Positions 51,162 through 63,570 of a DNA stretch of 64,000 bases are shown here, piece after piece (position 1 is the stretch's first letter; each line of letters starts with the position of its first letter). A program made the translations under genes and the position numbers. The stretch comes from Mobula hypostoma (lineage: Eukaryota). The DNA lies in the NCBI RefSeq assembly GCF_963921235.1, contig NC_086097.1, forward strand, positions 97,838,001 through 97,902,000, written 5' to 3'. A model generated the notes under the pieces. The model did no database searches. It worked only from the letters and a program-made list of their open reading frames with translations, and was not told the DNA's origin.

Positions 51162-52070
51162 TCATTGCTCTTCTCGTTCTTCTTCTCCCCAGCGTGAATG
51201 GTAAAACTCTTTGGCCGCCTCTGGTGTATCGAAATAATGCTTTTTACCTTCATGCATGACCCGGAGCTGGGCAGGATACAAGAGGCCGAACCTGACCCCT
51301 TTCCCGTAAAGCAGGGATTTCACCTCCTTGAAAGCTGCTCGTTTTTTACCCAGCTCCGCACTAAAATCTTCATAAAAAAGCACGCGGTGTCCGCGGAAAT
51401 ACAGCTCCTGCTTCCGTCTGTTGATGATGCGTTGCTTATCTTGAAAGGAGTGAAAGCAAACCAGGAACATTCTTGGTCTCGTTTGCTTGGCTCCAGAGAC
51501 ACCGGATGGTTTACGTCCGACTCGGTGAGCACGCGAAAGTACGAGAGGACTTGGGAAAAAATCTGCCCCCAGCACTTCGTCAAAAAACTCGGTCATAAAT
51601 TTAACAGGGTCCGAACCTTCCAAATTTTCAGGAATGCCAACCACTCTCAAATTAGACCTCCGCGACCGATTTTCGAGGTCATCAAGCTTTCCCTTCAGAA
51701 CTGCGTTTTCGCTCTGCAACGCTGCAATGGCGGCTTCGGCGCTCACCAGTCAGTCACTGTAATCATTCAGGCCGTCTTCAACCTCACGAATGCGTTTGTC
51801 GTGTGTCTCGTAAGCAGACATAATTTGTTCCATGGTAGCAGTCACTGGTGATAAAGCATCTTCAAGTTCCCTTTTTAGGGCAGAATGCACCGCTTGCGTC
51901 ATGTCAGTAATAAGCACTAAACGAAGCCTCTCCAAGTCATCGGGTAGGGCAGGTCCGGGACCAGCTCCAGCAGCGTGCAACGGCGCCATTACTGTAACAT
52001 CAGTCTGCTTGCTCGAGGCTTCGCTATCTTTTTCCCCAGCTTTACTTCGAAGGTACATTCTACTTGCCAT
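51162..52070 (-). pseudogene. L1 ORF1p (coiled coil, RRM, CTD) with one in-frame stop
   Basis: ORFs 51750-52070 and 51162-51746 are in the same frame, separated by one TGA (DYSD*LVSAE); LENRSRRSNLRVVGIPE, AHR and LLYPA motifs. Confidence 0.9.
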
Positions 52071-52442
52071 TTCAATGTCCAGCTATGTCCCGCGTTGTTC
52101 ACAATGGTAAGTATCCAGTTATCTCGAGCATACGGCAAAGATAAACAGGTAGATTTTCAATAAAAATCGGGAGCCACACTCACACGCACCAACTCACTCC
52201 ATACTCGACGCCGGAAGTCCCTCCTCCATTCTTTTCTACCACCAAGTTCAATTCTCCAACCTATCTTTTCCATCCTCCATGAGCTTCAGGTCACCAGAGC
52301 TCTTGCCCTGCCACTAACTCAAACATCGCACAGCCAGGTCCTCAATCTTCCTTCTGTGCTCCAACAAAGCTGCAGTCACAGACTGGATAAAATGTCCATG
52401 TTAGCAGCTACTCATTCAATGACTATCTCATTGTCCCAGTAA

Positions 52443-52742
52443 AGCCTCAATTTTAACATTCCCACCCTCATTTTTATATCTCTACAAAGCCTCATCTCAA
52501 TCCTACAGATCTACAGCACTACAACATCCTTCTCCCACAGCCTCAATTTTAACACTCCCATCCTCATTTTTGTAGCTCTACTCAGACTGATCCCAACCCT
52601 GCAGATCTACATCACTCCAATATCCTTCTCCCACAGCCTCAATTTTAACACTCCCATCCTCGTTTTTGTATCTCTACTCAGACTCATCCCAACCCTGCAG
52701 ATCTACAACACTCCAATATCCTTCTCCCACAGCCTCAATTTT
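52443..52742. repeat. 96-bp tandem repeat, about 3.1 copies, apparently derived from an L2 remnant
   Basis: AGCCTCAATTTT starts at 52443, 52539, 52635 and 52731. Confidence 0.9.
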
Positions 52743-53609
52743 CAAGGACAAGGAGATCAAGGAAGGACAGAAATAAAATACACTGTCAAGAAAATCAAAA
52801 AACCACAAAATAAAGGTAAACTGTGAAAATACTTATTGCATTGCGTCTGATAAACTTATCAAGTAATGACGTTGAAGAGGCTGGAAACATTTTTCTGCAA
52901 TGGATGGTTCTAGACTTGAAAGATTACAACTGCTGACCAGAAAGGCTGGGTTGTTCTCCTTAGCGCAAGGGAAGTGAAGAGGGAAATTTGAGGGGAAATG
53001 TACCTGATTCACAAAGGCAGTAAAAGGAGTGCTGTTTCCATTAACAAATGGTTTAAGGACCAGGAGATACAAATTCCAGCTGATAGACTAAAGGTACAGC
53101 AGAGCTGTGAAGGAAAATGTTTAATGTAGAGAGACACTATGATAACAAGTTATGTCTACAAGGATGGTGGCAACAGAAATGAATTGGTAGGCACCTGAGG
53201 ATATATAATTTGCAGAACCATAGAGCAAAAACAAAGGATGGGACTGTTTGGATACTCGAAGAAGCCAAATTGGGCTTGATGAGCTAAATGGACTCTTCCT
53301 ATAATAGGAAGATGCTCTGAAATTACTCGACTCAGTGTTTACTTGATGTCTAAGTGGATGGTCAAGAACGAGAGTTACAGTCAAAAGTGTTGTAATATTT
53401 GCCATAGAAAGGGATGATATGAACCAATTTGATGTTAAAACAGATGGAGGGACAGGGACAGCAGAGGTACGACAGTAGGAATATAGCCAAACCATCCGGG
53501 AAACACTGCCGTGGTTGCTACGGCCTGCTGTTTGCACCAAATCATAGTTTCCTTTTCTTCCTGATTTCAAGCAACTGCCCAGTTCCTTGACTTTTATTCT
53601 GTTTGAAGT

Positions 53610-54025
53610 AGGACTGTGCAAAAATCTTAGGAACCCTATACTTTTTATATAGTTTCAAACGGTTTGGCCTCCACAAAGCCCTAATCTCAACATCATTGAC
53701 ACTGTCTGGGATCACCTGGAGAGACAGAGGCAGGCAAGATGGCCGAAGTCTGCAGAAGAACTGTGGCAAGTTCTCCAAAATGCTCAGAATAACCTGCCAG
53801 CTGATTTTCTTATACAACTGCATGACCGTCTCCCCAAGAGAATTGATGTAGTTTTAAAGGCAAAGGATTGTCAGGCCAAATATTGATTTGATTTAGTTTT
53901 TTACTGTTTACTGCTCTTTATAGTAATCTTTTTGATATTTAGAAACTTTACATTTCATTATTCTTGATTGCATCTTCACTTTACAATTTTCTTTACATGT
54001 ACCTGAGACTTTTGCATTTACTGTA
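53610..54025 (+). mobile_element. Tc1/mariner internal-deletion derivative
   Basis: Imperfect TIRs (ctgtgcaaaaatcttagg / cctgagacttttgcatttactgta); internal WPPQSPNLNIIDTVWDHL transposase C-terminal motif. Confidence 0.8.
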
Positions 54026-54654
54026 TAACATGTGACCAAACTAATCTGCTGTGAGCGTTACATTGGGAATGCTATACAGCAGTCTCGAGGCTAGGATAAA
54101 TCTCTTGACACAGGTACGTAAACACTACAATGAGTCCTGATGAGAGAGCTTACTGGGAACTATTAAAGCATTGGGAATAATAACTCTTTCAACAAGTTAC
54201 CTGAATTGAGATGCTTCTGGCTTATCAAATTGCTTGCCTCAGTGGTACTGAGTCATAGAAATTTATGGTCCACAAAAGGAAACTGTCCGTTTATCATTGA
54301 ACAGAGAATAGAACACTGCAAGAACAGGAGCTTTGGCCCACGATGTACATGTTGACCATCATTCCAAAAGAAACTAATCCCATCTTCCTGCACATATCCA
54401 TACCCCTTCATTCCTTGCATTGTACACAAAACATAAAACAATACAGCACACAACAGCCCTTCAGCCCATCATGGCTTCACAACCATAATGGAAAACTCGA
54501 CTGCACATGGTCTAACTCACTATATTCTCTGCCTGTTCAGGAGCTTGACTACATGCCTCTGGCTAAAATTGTTCTGAGAAAAAATATCAAGATCTAGTGA
54601 TTACAAATTTTCCAGCCTGAGCCATAACCAGGTAAACTTCTGAACTTTCAGGTA

Positions 54655-56719
54655 GGGGTTTCAACCTTTAGGTGCTGGTACGAGAGAGCAGTTGGCCAAA
54701 GTAAATTAGGAGATGCTGGCAGGGATGACAGCAGAGCAGAAATGGTGTGAGTTTCTGGGAAAAATGGGGAAGGTGCAAGACAGATGCATTTCAAAAACAA
54801 AGAAATACTCAAATGGCAAAATAGTACAACCATGGCTGACAAGGGAAGTCAACGTTAATGTAAAAGCAAAAGAGAGGGCATAAAACAAAGCAAAATTTAG
54901 TAGAAAGAGAGAGGACTGAGAAGCTTTAAAAAAACCTGCAGACAGCAACTAAGAGTCGTTACAAGGGAAAAGATGAAATATGAAAGCAAGCTAGCAAACA
55001 ACATCAAAGTGGATAGTAAAAGCTATGTAAAAAAATAAAAGAAAGATGAGAGTGGATATAGGACCGTTAGAAAATGAAGCCAGAGAAAGAATAATGAGGA
55101 CAAGGAGATGGCAGATCAACTAAATGAGTATTTTGCATCAGTCTTCACTGAGGAAGACATTAGCTCAAGGAAGAGTGCAAGGAAAGAGAAGTGAGTGCAG
55201 TTACTATTATAAGGAAGAAGGTGCTCAAAAAGCTGAAAGGGTACACAAGTCACCCAGACCAGATGAACTACACCCTAGGGTTCTGAAAGAGGTAGTGGTA
55301 GAGATTGTGGAGGCATTAGAAATGATCTTTCAAAAATCATTGGACTCTGGCATGGTGCCAAAGACAAGAAAGGAGGAAGGCAGCAGAAAGGAAATTAGAG
55401 ACCAATTAGCCTGGCCTCAGTGGTTGGGAAGATGTTGGAGTCAACTATTAAGGACAAAGTTATGAAGTACTTGGTGACACGGGACAAGATAGGACAAAGT
55501 CAGCATGGTTTCCTTAAGGGAAAACCTTGCCTGACAAACCTGTTGGAATTTTTTGAGGAGATTACAAGTAGGATAGATAAAGGAGATGCAGTGGATTGTG
55601 TATATTTGCACTTTCAAAAGGCAAGGTGCCACACCTGAGGCTGCTTATCAAGTTAAGAGCTCATCGTATTACAGGAAAGTTACTGGCATGGTTAGAGCAT
55701 TGGCTGATTGGTTGGAGGCAGCAAGTGGAAATAAAAGGTTCATTTTCTGGTTGGCTACCAGTGACTAGTGGTGATCCGCAGGGGTCGGTGTTGGGACCAC
55801 TTCTTTTTATGCTGTATATCAATTATTTAGACGATGGAATAAATGGCTTTGTTGTCAAGTTTGCACATGATATGAAGATGGGTGGAGGGGCAGCTAGTGT
55901 TGAGGAAACAGGTAGGCTGCAGAAGGACTTAGATTAGGGGAATGGGCAAGAAAGTGACAAATGAAATACAATGTTGAAAATGTATGGCATTCACTTTGGC
56001 AGAAGAAATAAATGTGCAAACTATTTTCTAAATGGGAAGAAAATCCAAAAATCTGAGATGCAAAGCAGACTTCCGGGTCCTTCTGCAGAACAGCCTAAAG
56101 ATTAACTTGCAGGTAGAGTCGGTGGTGAGGAAGACAAATGCAATGTTAACATTCATTTCAAGAGCTCTAGAATACAAGACCAGAGATGTGATGCTGATGC
56201 TTTATAATGCACTGGTGAGGCCTCACCTTATTCTGAACAATTTTGGGCTGGCTCCTCGTCTAAGAAAAGATGTGCTGACACAGGAGAGCGCTCAGAGGAG
56301 GCTCACTAGGATGATTCTGGGAATGAAAGGGTTATCATACGAGAGATGTTTGATGGCTCTGAGTCTGTACTCGCTGGAATTCAGAAGGATGAGGGTGATC
56401 TCATTGAAACCTTTTGGATGCTGAAAGGTCTAGCAGAGTAGATGTGGAAAGGATGTTTCCCAAGGTGGAGAAGTCTAGGACAAGAGGGCATAGAGGGGTA
56501 ACCATTTAAATCAGAAATGTGGAGAAATTTCTTCAGCTAGATGTTGGTGAATTTGTGGAATATGTTACCACAGGCAGCTATGGAAGCTAGGTTGTTGGGT
56601 GTATTTAAGGCAGAGCTTGATAGGGTCTTGATTGGACGCGGCTTCAAAGGTTACGGGGAGAAGGTTGGGAGTGGGGCTGAGGCGGGGGAAAAGGATCAGC
56701 CATGATTGAATGGTGGAGA
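54655..56719 (+). mobile_element. Decayed CR1; its last 3' UTR bases resume at about 62504-62531
   Basis: HPRVLKEV, QHGFLKGKPCLTNL, GDPQGSVLGP, LYNALVRPHL. Confidence 0.88.
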
Positions 56720-59700
56720 GAACTGGCGGGAAGAGTAATAAAGGAAGATAGCTTTATAGAGCGGGTGACAAAGTAGAGGGAGTCAGAGTAGGAGGGCTTT
56801 GGCTCAATGGGGCTCCAGCGATAACAGGTCAAGGTATAGTAAGTTGCTTGTGAAGAATAGGAATAGGAAATTGTCTGCAAGGCCGGTGTCCTGGACTGGG
56901 TGTCAGATGTGGGATGTCTGGGAGACTCCCAGCCTCTCAGACGGCCACATCTGCACCAGGTGTGTCGAGCTGCAGCTCCTTAGGGACCACGTTAGGGAAC
57001 TGGGGATGCAGCTCGATGACCTTCATCTGGTCAGGGAAAGTGAGGAGGTAATAAAGAGGAACTATATGCAAGTAGTCACACCGGGGCCTCAGGAGAAAGA
57101 TAAGTGGCTAACAGTCAGAAGAGGTAACGGCAGGAGTCAGATACCAGAGAGTATCCCTGTGGCTAGACCCTTAACAATAAGTACTCCTGTTTGAGTACTG
57201 TTGGAGGAAGACAGTCTAACTAGGGGAAGCAACAGTGTCCGCGCCTCTGGCAGAGAGTCTGGCCCTGTAGCTCAGAAGGGTAGGAAAAGGAAGAGGATAG
57301 CAGCAGTGATAGGGGACTCTACAGTTAGGGGGTCAGACAGGCAATACTGTGGACGCAGGAAAGAAACGCGGATGGTAGTTTGCCTCCCAGGTGTCAGGGT
57401 CCAGGAGGTTTCTGATCTCGTCCATGAAATCCTGAAGTGCGAAGGTGAACAGCCAGAGGTCATGGTACATATTGGAACCAACAACATAGGCAAGAAAAGG
57501 GAGGAGGTCCTGAAAACAGACTACAGAGAGTTAGGAAAGAAGTTGAGAAGCAGGACCTCAAAGGTAGTAATCTCGGGATTATTGGCTGTGCAACACGACA
57601 GTAAGTATAGAAATAGAGTGAGGTGGAGGATAAATGCATGGCTGAGGGATTGGAGCAGGGGGCAGGGATTCAGATTTCTGGATCACTGGGACCTCTTTTG
57701 GGGCAGGAGTGACCTGTGCAAAATGCCCAATATCCTGGCAGGGAGGTTTGCTAAGGCTGTTGGGGAGAGTTTAAACTAGAATTACTGGGGTGGGAACCAA
57801 ACTGAAGAGACGAAGGAAGGGGCGGTTGGCTCACAAATCGAGAAAGCTTGTAGACAATGTGAGAGGGAGGATAGGCAGGTGATAGAGAAGGGATACACTC
57901 CGACTGATGGTTTGGGATGTTTCTACTTTAATGCAAGGAGTATCATGAATAAAGCAGATAAGCTTAGAGCGTGGATCAGTACTTGAAGCTGTGATGCTGT
58001 GGTCATTACAGAGACTTGGATGGCTACGTAGAGTGCAAGGCTATAGATGTTTCAGAACAGACAGGGAGGGAGGCAAAAGAGGTGGGGGCGTGGCACTATT
58101 GATCAGAGATAGTCTCACGGCCATAGAAAAGTAGGAAGTTATAGAGGGATTGTCTACTGAGTGTCTGTGGGTGGACGTTAGAAACAGGAAGGGGTCAATA
58201 ACTCTACTGGGTGTTTTTTATAGACCACCAAATAGTAACAGGGACATCAAGGAGCTGATAAGGAGACAGATTTTGGAAAGATACAATAATAACAGGGCTG
58301 TCGTGGTGGGAGATTTTAATTTCCCCAATATTCATCGGCATCTCCCTACAGCCAGGGGTTTAGATGGGGTGAAGTTTGTTAGGTGTGTTCAAGAAGGTTT
58401 CCTGACACAGTATGTAGATAAGCCTACAAGAGGAGAAGCTGTACTTGATCTAGTATTGGGAAATGAACCTGGTCAGGTGTCAGGTCTCTCAGTGGGAGAG
58501 CATTTTGGAGATAGTGATCACAATTCTATCTCCTTTACCATAGCATTGGAGAGGGATAGGAACAGACAAGTTAGGAAAGTGTTTAATTGGAGTAAGGGGA
58601 AAATATGAAGCTATCAGGCAGGAACTTGGAAGCATAAATTGAGAATAGATGTTCTCAAGGAAATGTTAGGCAGAAATGTGGCAAATATTCAGGGGATACT
58701 TGCACGGTTTTCTGCATAGGCATGTTCCAATGAGACAGGGAAAGGATGGTAGGGTACAGGAACCATGATATACAAAGGCTGTTGAAAATCTAGTCAAGAA
58801 GAAAAGCTTAAGCTTATGAAAGGTTCAAAAAACTAGGTAATGATAGAGATCTAGAAATTATAAGGTGAGCAGGAAGGAGCTTAAGAATGAAATTAGGAGA
58901 GCCAGAAGGGGCCATGAGAAGGCCTTGGCAAGCAGGATTAAGAAAACCCCAAGGCACTCTACAAGTATGTGAAGAACAAGAGGATAAAACATGAGAGAAT
59001 AGAACCAATCAAGTGTGACAGTGGAAAAATGTGTATGGAACCGGAGGAGATAGCAGAGGTACTTAATGAATACTTTGCTTCAGTATTCCCTATGGAAAAG
59101 GACCTTGGCAAATGTAGGGATGACTTACAATGGATTGAAAAGCTTCAGCATATAGATATTAAGAAAAAGGATGTGCTGGAGCTTTTGGAAAGCATCAAGT
59201 TGGATAAGTCACCGGAGCCAGATGAGATGTACCCCAGGCTACTGTGGGAGGCGAGGGAAGAGATTGCAGAGCCCCTGGTAATGATCTGTGCATCATCAAT
59301 GGGGACGAGAGAAGTTCTGGAGGATTGGAGGGTTGCAAATGTTGTTCCCTTAATCAAGAAAGGGAGTAGAGATAGTCCAGGAAATTATAGACCAGTGAGT
59401 CTTACTTCAGTGGTTGGTAAGTTGATGGAGAAGACCCTGAGAGGCAGGATTTATGAACATTTGGAGAGGCATAATATGATTAAGAGTAGTCAGCATGGCT
59501 TTGTCAAAGGCAGGTCATGCCTTACGAGCCTGATTGAATTTTTTGAGGATGTGACAACACACTGATGAAGGTAGAGCAGTAGATGTAGTGTATATGGATT
59601 TCAGCAAGGCATTTGATAAGGTACCCCATGCAAGGCTTATTGAGAAAGTAAGGAGGCATAGGATCCTTGCTCTGTGCATCCAGAATTGGTTGTAGATGGG

Positions 59701-59804
59701 TCATATTTTGCATGGAGGTTGGTGACCAGTGGTGTGCCTCAGCCAACACACATCAAAGTTGCTGGTGAACGCAGCAGGCCAAGCAGCATCTATAGGAAGA
59801 GGCG

Positions 59805-59842
59805 CAGTCGACGTTTCAGGCCGAGACTCTTCGTCAGGACTA
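59805..59842 (-). ncRNA. Minimal hammerhead ribozyme motif (Penelope-associated), sense to the GCN2 pre-mRNA
   Basis: Minus strand reads tagtc-CTGACGA-agagtctcggcct-GAAA-cg-TC-gactg, with a GUC cleavage triplet; stem II appears weakened by one substitution. Confidence 0.72.
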
Positions 59843-60137
59843 ACTGAAGGAAGAGTGAGTAAGGGATTTGAAAGCTGGAGGGGGAGGGGGAGATGCAAAA
59901 TGATAGGAGAAGACAGGAGGGGGAGGGATAGAGCTGAGAGCTGGACAGGTGATAGGCAAAAGGGGATACGAGAGGATCATGGGACAGGAGGTCCGGGAAG
60001 AAAGACGGGGGGGGCGGGGTGACCCAGAGGATGGGCAAGAGGTATATTCAGAGGGACAGAGGGAGAAAAAGGAGAGTGAGAGAAAGAATGTGTGCATAAA
60101 AATGAGTAACAGATGGGGTACGAGGGGGAGGTGGGGC

Positions 60138-61499
60138 CTAGCGGAAGTTAGAGAAGTCAATGTTCATGCCATCAGGTTGGAGGCTACCCAGACGGAATAT
60201 AAGGTGTTGTTCCTCCAACCTGAGTGTGGCTTCATCTTTACAGTAGAGGAGGCCGTGGATAGACATGTCAGAATGGGAATGGGATGTGGAATTAAAATGT
60301 GTGGCCACTGGGAGATCCTGCTTTCTCTGGCGGACAGAGCGTAGATGTTCAGCAAAGCGGTCTCCCAGTCTGCGTCGGGTCTCACCAATATATAAAAGGC
60401 CACATCGGGAGCACCGGACGCAGTATATCACCCCAGCCGACTCACAGGTGAAGTGATGCCTCACCTGGAAGGACTGTTTGGGGCCCTGAATGGTGGTAAG
60501 GGAGGAAGTGTAAGGGCATGTGTAGCACTTGTTCCGCTTACACGGATAAGTGCCAGGAGGGAGATCAGTGGGGAGGGATGGGGGGGACGAATGGACAAGG
60601 GAGCTGTGTAGGGAGCGATCCCTGCGGAATGCAGAGAGAGGGGGGGAGGGAAAGATGTGCTTAGTGGTGGGATCCCGTTGGAGGTGGCGGAAGTTACGGA
60701 GAATAATATGTTGGACCCGGAGGCTGGTGGGGTGGTAGGTGAGGACCAGGGGAACCCTATTCCTAGTGGGGTGGTGGGAGGATGGAGTGAGAGCAGATGT
60801 ACGTGAAATGGGGGAGATGCGCTTAAGAGCAGAGTTGATAATGGAGGAAGGGAAGCCCCTTTCTTTAAAAAATGAAGACATCTCCCTCGTCCTAGAATGA
60901 AAAGCCTCATCCTGAGAGCAGATGCGGCGGAGACGGAGGAATTGCGAGAAGGGGATGGCGTTTTTGCAAGAGACAGGGTGAGAAGAGGAATAGTCCAGAT
61001 AGCTGTGAGAGTCAGTAGGCTTATAGTAGACATCAGTGGATAAGCTGTTTCCAGAGACAGAGACAGAAAGATCTAGAAAGGGGAGGGAGGTGTCGGAAAT
61101 GGACCAGGTAAACTTGAGGGCAGGGTGAAAGTTGGAGGCAAAGTTAATAAAGTCAACGAGTTCTGCATGCGTGCAGGAAGCAGCGCCAATGCAGTCGTCG
61201 ATGTAGCGAAGGAAAAGTGGGGGACAGATACCAGAATAGGCACGGAACATAGATTGTTCCACAAACCCAACAAAAAGGCAGGCATAGCTAGGACCCATAC
61301 GGGTGCCCATAGCTACACCTTTAGTTTGGAGGAAATGGGAGGAGCAAAAGGAGAAATTATTAAGAGTAAGGACTAATTCTGCTAGACGGAGTAGAGTGGT
61401 GGTAGAGGGGAACTGATTAGGTCTGGAATCCAAAAAGAAGCGTAGAGCTTTGAGACCTTCCTGATGGGGGATGGAAGTATATAGGGACTGGACATCCAT
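60138..61499 (-). CDS. Penelope RT (C-terminal part) and GIY-YIG endonuclease, 453 aa uninterrupted, N-terminus missing
   Basis: DVQSLYTSIP, GVAMGT, RYIDD, FLD, CKRNKCYTC, VIYCVRCSRCGLLYIGET. Confidence 0.85.
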   Translation of the reverse strand: MDVQSLYTSIPHQEGLKALRFFLDSRPNQFPSTTTLLRLAELVLTLNNFSFCSSHFLQTKGVAMGTRMGPSYACLFVGFVEQSMFRAYSGICPPLFLRYIDDCIGAASCTHAELVDFINFASNFHPALKFTWSISDTSLPFLDLSVSVSGNSLSTDVYYKPTDSHSYLDYSSSHPVSCKNAIPFSQFLRLRRICSQDEAFHSRTREMSSFFKERGFPSSIINSALKRISPISRTSALTPSSHHPTRNRVPLVLTYHPTSLRVQHIILRNFRHLQRDPTTKHIFPSPPLSAFRRDRSLHSSLVHSSPPSLPTDLPPGTYPCKRNKCYTCPYTSSLTTIQGPKQSFQVRHHFTCESAGVIYCVRCSRCGLLYIGETRRRLGDRFAEHLRSVRQRKQDLPVATHFNSTSHSHSDMSIHGLLYCKDEATLRLEEQHLIFRLGSLQPDGMNIDFSNFR

Positions 61500-63435
61500 G
61501 GTGAAAATAAAGCGGTGTGCCTCAGGGATCTGTTCTGGAACCCCTTCACTTCATGATTTTTATAAATGACCTGGATGAGGAAGTGGAGGGATGGGTTAGT
61601 AAGTTTGCTGATGACACAAAGGTTAGGAGTGTTGTGGATAGTGTGGAGGGCTGGCTGTCAGAGGTTACAACAATAGAATGCAAAACTGGGCTGAGAAGTG
61701 GCAGATGGAGTCCAACCCAGGTAAGTGTGAAGTGGTTTACTATGGTGGGTCAAATATGATGGCAGAATATAGCATTAATAGCAAGACTCTTGGTAGTATG
61801 GAGGATCAGAAGGATCTTGGGGTCCGAGTCCGTAGGACACTCAAAACTGCTGCACAGGTTGACTGTGTGGTTAAGAAGGAATACAGTGCATTGGCCTTCA
61901 TCATCCAAGGGATTGAATTCAAGAGCCGAGAGGTAATGTTACAGCTATATAGGACCCTGGTCAGACCCCACTTGGAGTGCTGTGCTCAGTTCTGGTCGCC
62001 TTACTACAGGAAGGATGTGGAAAGCACAGAAAGGGTGCAGAGGAGATTTACAAGGATGTTGCCTGGATTGGGGAGCATGCCTTATGAGCACAGGTTGAGT
62101 GAACTTGACCTTTACTCCCTGGAGCAGTGGAGCATGAGAGGTGACCTGATAGAGGCGTACATGATAATGAGAGGCATTGATGGTGTGGATAGTCAGAGGC
62201 TTTTTCCCAGGTCTGAAATGGCTAACACAAGTGGGCACAGTTTTAAGGTGCTTGGAAGTAGGTACAGAGGAGATGTCAGGAGTAAGTTTTTTTTTATGCA
62301 GAGAGTGGTGAGTGCGTGGAATGGGCTGCCGGTGACTGTGGTGGAGGCCGATACAATCGGGTCTTTTAAGAGACTCTGGATAAGTATATGGAGCTTAGAT
62401 AAATAGAGGGCTATGGGTAAGCCTAGGTAATTTCTAAAGTATATGTTCGGCACAGCTTTGCGGGCCGAAGGGCCTGTATTGTGCTGTAGGTTTTCTATAT
62501 TTCACCTTGATGGGCCAAATGGCCTAATTCTAAGTGGACCTAAAGGAATTTTTCAATGCTGTACTCCATGATATCAGAGATATGCTATTCAGTCCATTGT
62601 GTCCATTCTAGCCCCTTGTAGAGCAATTTAATCAATCCCATTCCTTTACTTTTACCCTGTGACCCTGCAGAATATTTTCCATCAAGTGCCCACCAATCCT
62701 ATTTAAAGCCCCCGGCAGATTCTGCTTCCATCGTTCTGCAGGCAGTGTGTTGTAGATTGTAACCTGTCCTGGCATGAAAATGCTTTTCCTCACATCTCCC
62801 CGGTACCCTTCTGCGCCACAGCGCGGAGAACAGGAATCTTCCGGAAGTCGTTGCAACCTCAGTGAAGAATGTTAGAAACTCATGTCCTCAGTCACAACTG
62901 GAACAAGGTTAAAGCAGCAAAGTAGACAACAAAACCAACTCCAGGTACGTTACTGGCGTTCAGTGTGACTACTCCGATTGGCAAGATGAGGAATAGTTCT
63001 GGCACTACATACATTCAAAACTTAAGTAGAAAATTTGGGTTCTGAAATCAGTGGTACAATTTCTACAGTTGTGTTCAGAATAATAGTATATCCAAGAAAG
63101 GAAGAACGTGATAAAATTCTGTAAGTTATTAAGAAGTCTGCAGAATGGGTGCCCAATTGACAAAATGAATTTCAATACAGACATCTGTAGGCAGGTTTAT
63201 GTTGATAAAAGCAGTATGAAAACCATGCTCTGCTTTGACAGGTGCAAGGGGCACGAAGGCAACTTCGGGTACAGATACACAAATTAGTATAGAGCCATGG
63301 AAGGTAATTCCACAAACTGACCATAAAAAAATTGCAATTTTACTTTTACAGTTACAAAATGGATTGAGATGGATCACAGCAGAACTGAGAATATATTGAG
63401 AGATTGTGGCTCCTAATCCTACTAAATAACTCGAT

Positions 63436-63570
63436 GTGGGTGAAGGGCCTTGGCCAGGAACGTTGACTGTTTATTCATTTCCACCGGTGCTGCCTGACTG
63501 GTCGAGCTCCTCCAGCGTTTGTGTGTGTTACTGTGGAGTTCCAGCATCTTCCGAATCGCGTGTGTAAGAT
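63436..63570 (+). repeat. Degenerate Penelope terminal fragment
   Basis: tgaagggccttggccaggaacgttgactg...tgctgcctgactggtcgagctcctccagc. Confidence 0.6.

Larger units (their letters stand above)
46396..52221 (-). mobile_element. Full-length L1/Tx1-clade LINE, about 5.8 kb
   Basis: 5' GGACTTCCGG end, ORF1, about 600-bp spacer, ORF2, AATAAA plus polyA; 16-bp TSD TCCTCC(T/A)TTCTTTTCT at 46380-46395 and 52222-52237. Confidence 0.95.
59743..61513 (-). mobile_element. 5'-truncated Penelope-like element with 12-bp TSD
   Basis: GGTGTGCCTCAG at 59731-59742 and 61514-61525. Confidence 0.93.
56720..62503 (+). mobile_element. Near-full-length CR1 (Zn-finger/coiled-coil/SGNH esterase ORF1, decayed ORF2), interrupted by Penelope
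   Basis: CQMW..HICTRC; GDSTVRG..HIGTN; YRPPN, GDFN, SDH; KFADDTK; LYRTLVRPHLE; TTTCTAT tail. Confidence 0.92.

Noticed and set aside
60138..61499. RT plus GIY-YIG nuclease as a novel retron- or defence-like system
   Set aside because: This is the standard Penelope-like retroelement architecture, here 5'-truncated and TSD-flanked
62820..62860. CCGGAAGT ETS-like motif with a few CpGs as a promoter
   Set aside because: An isolated short motif with no CpG island or other support
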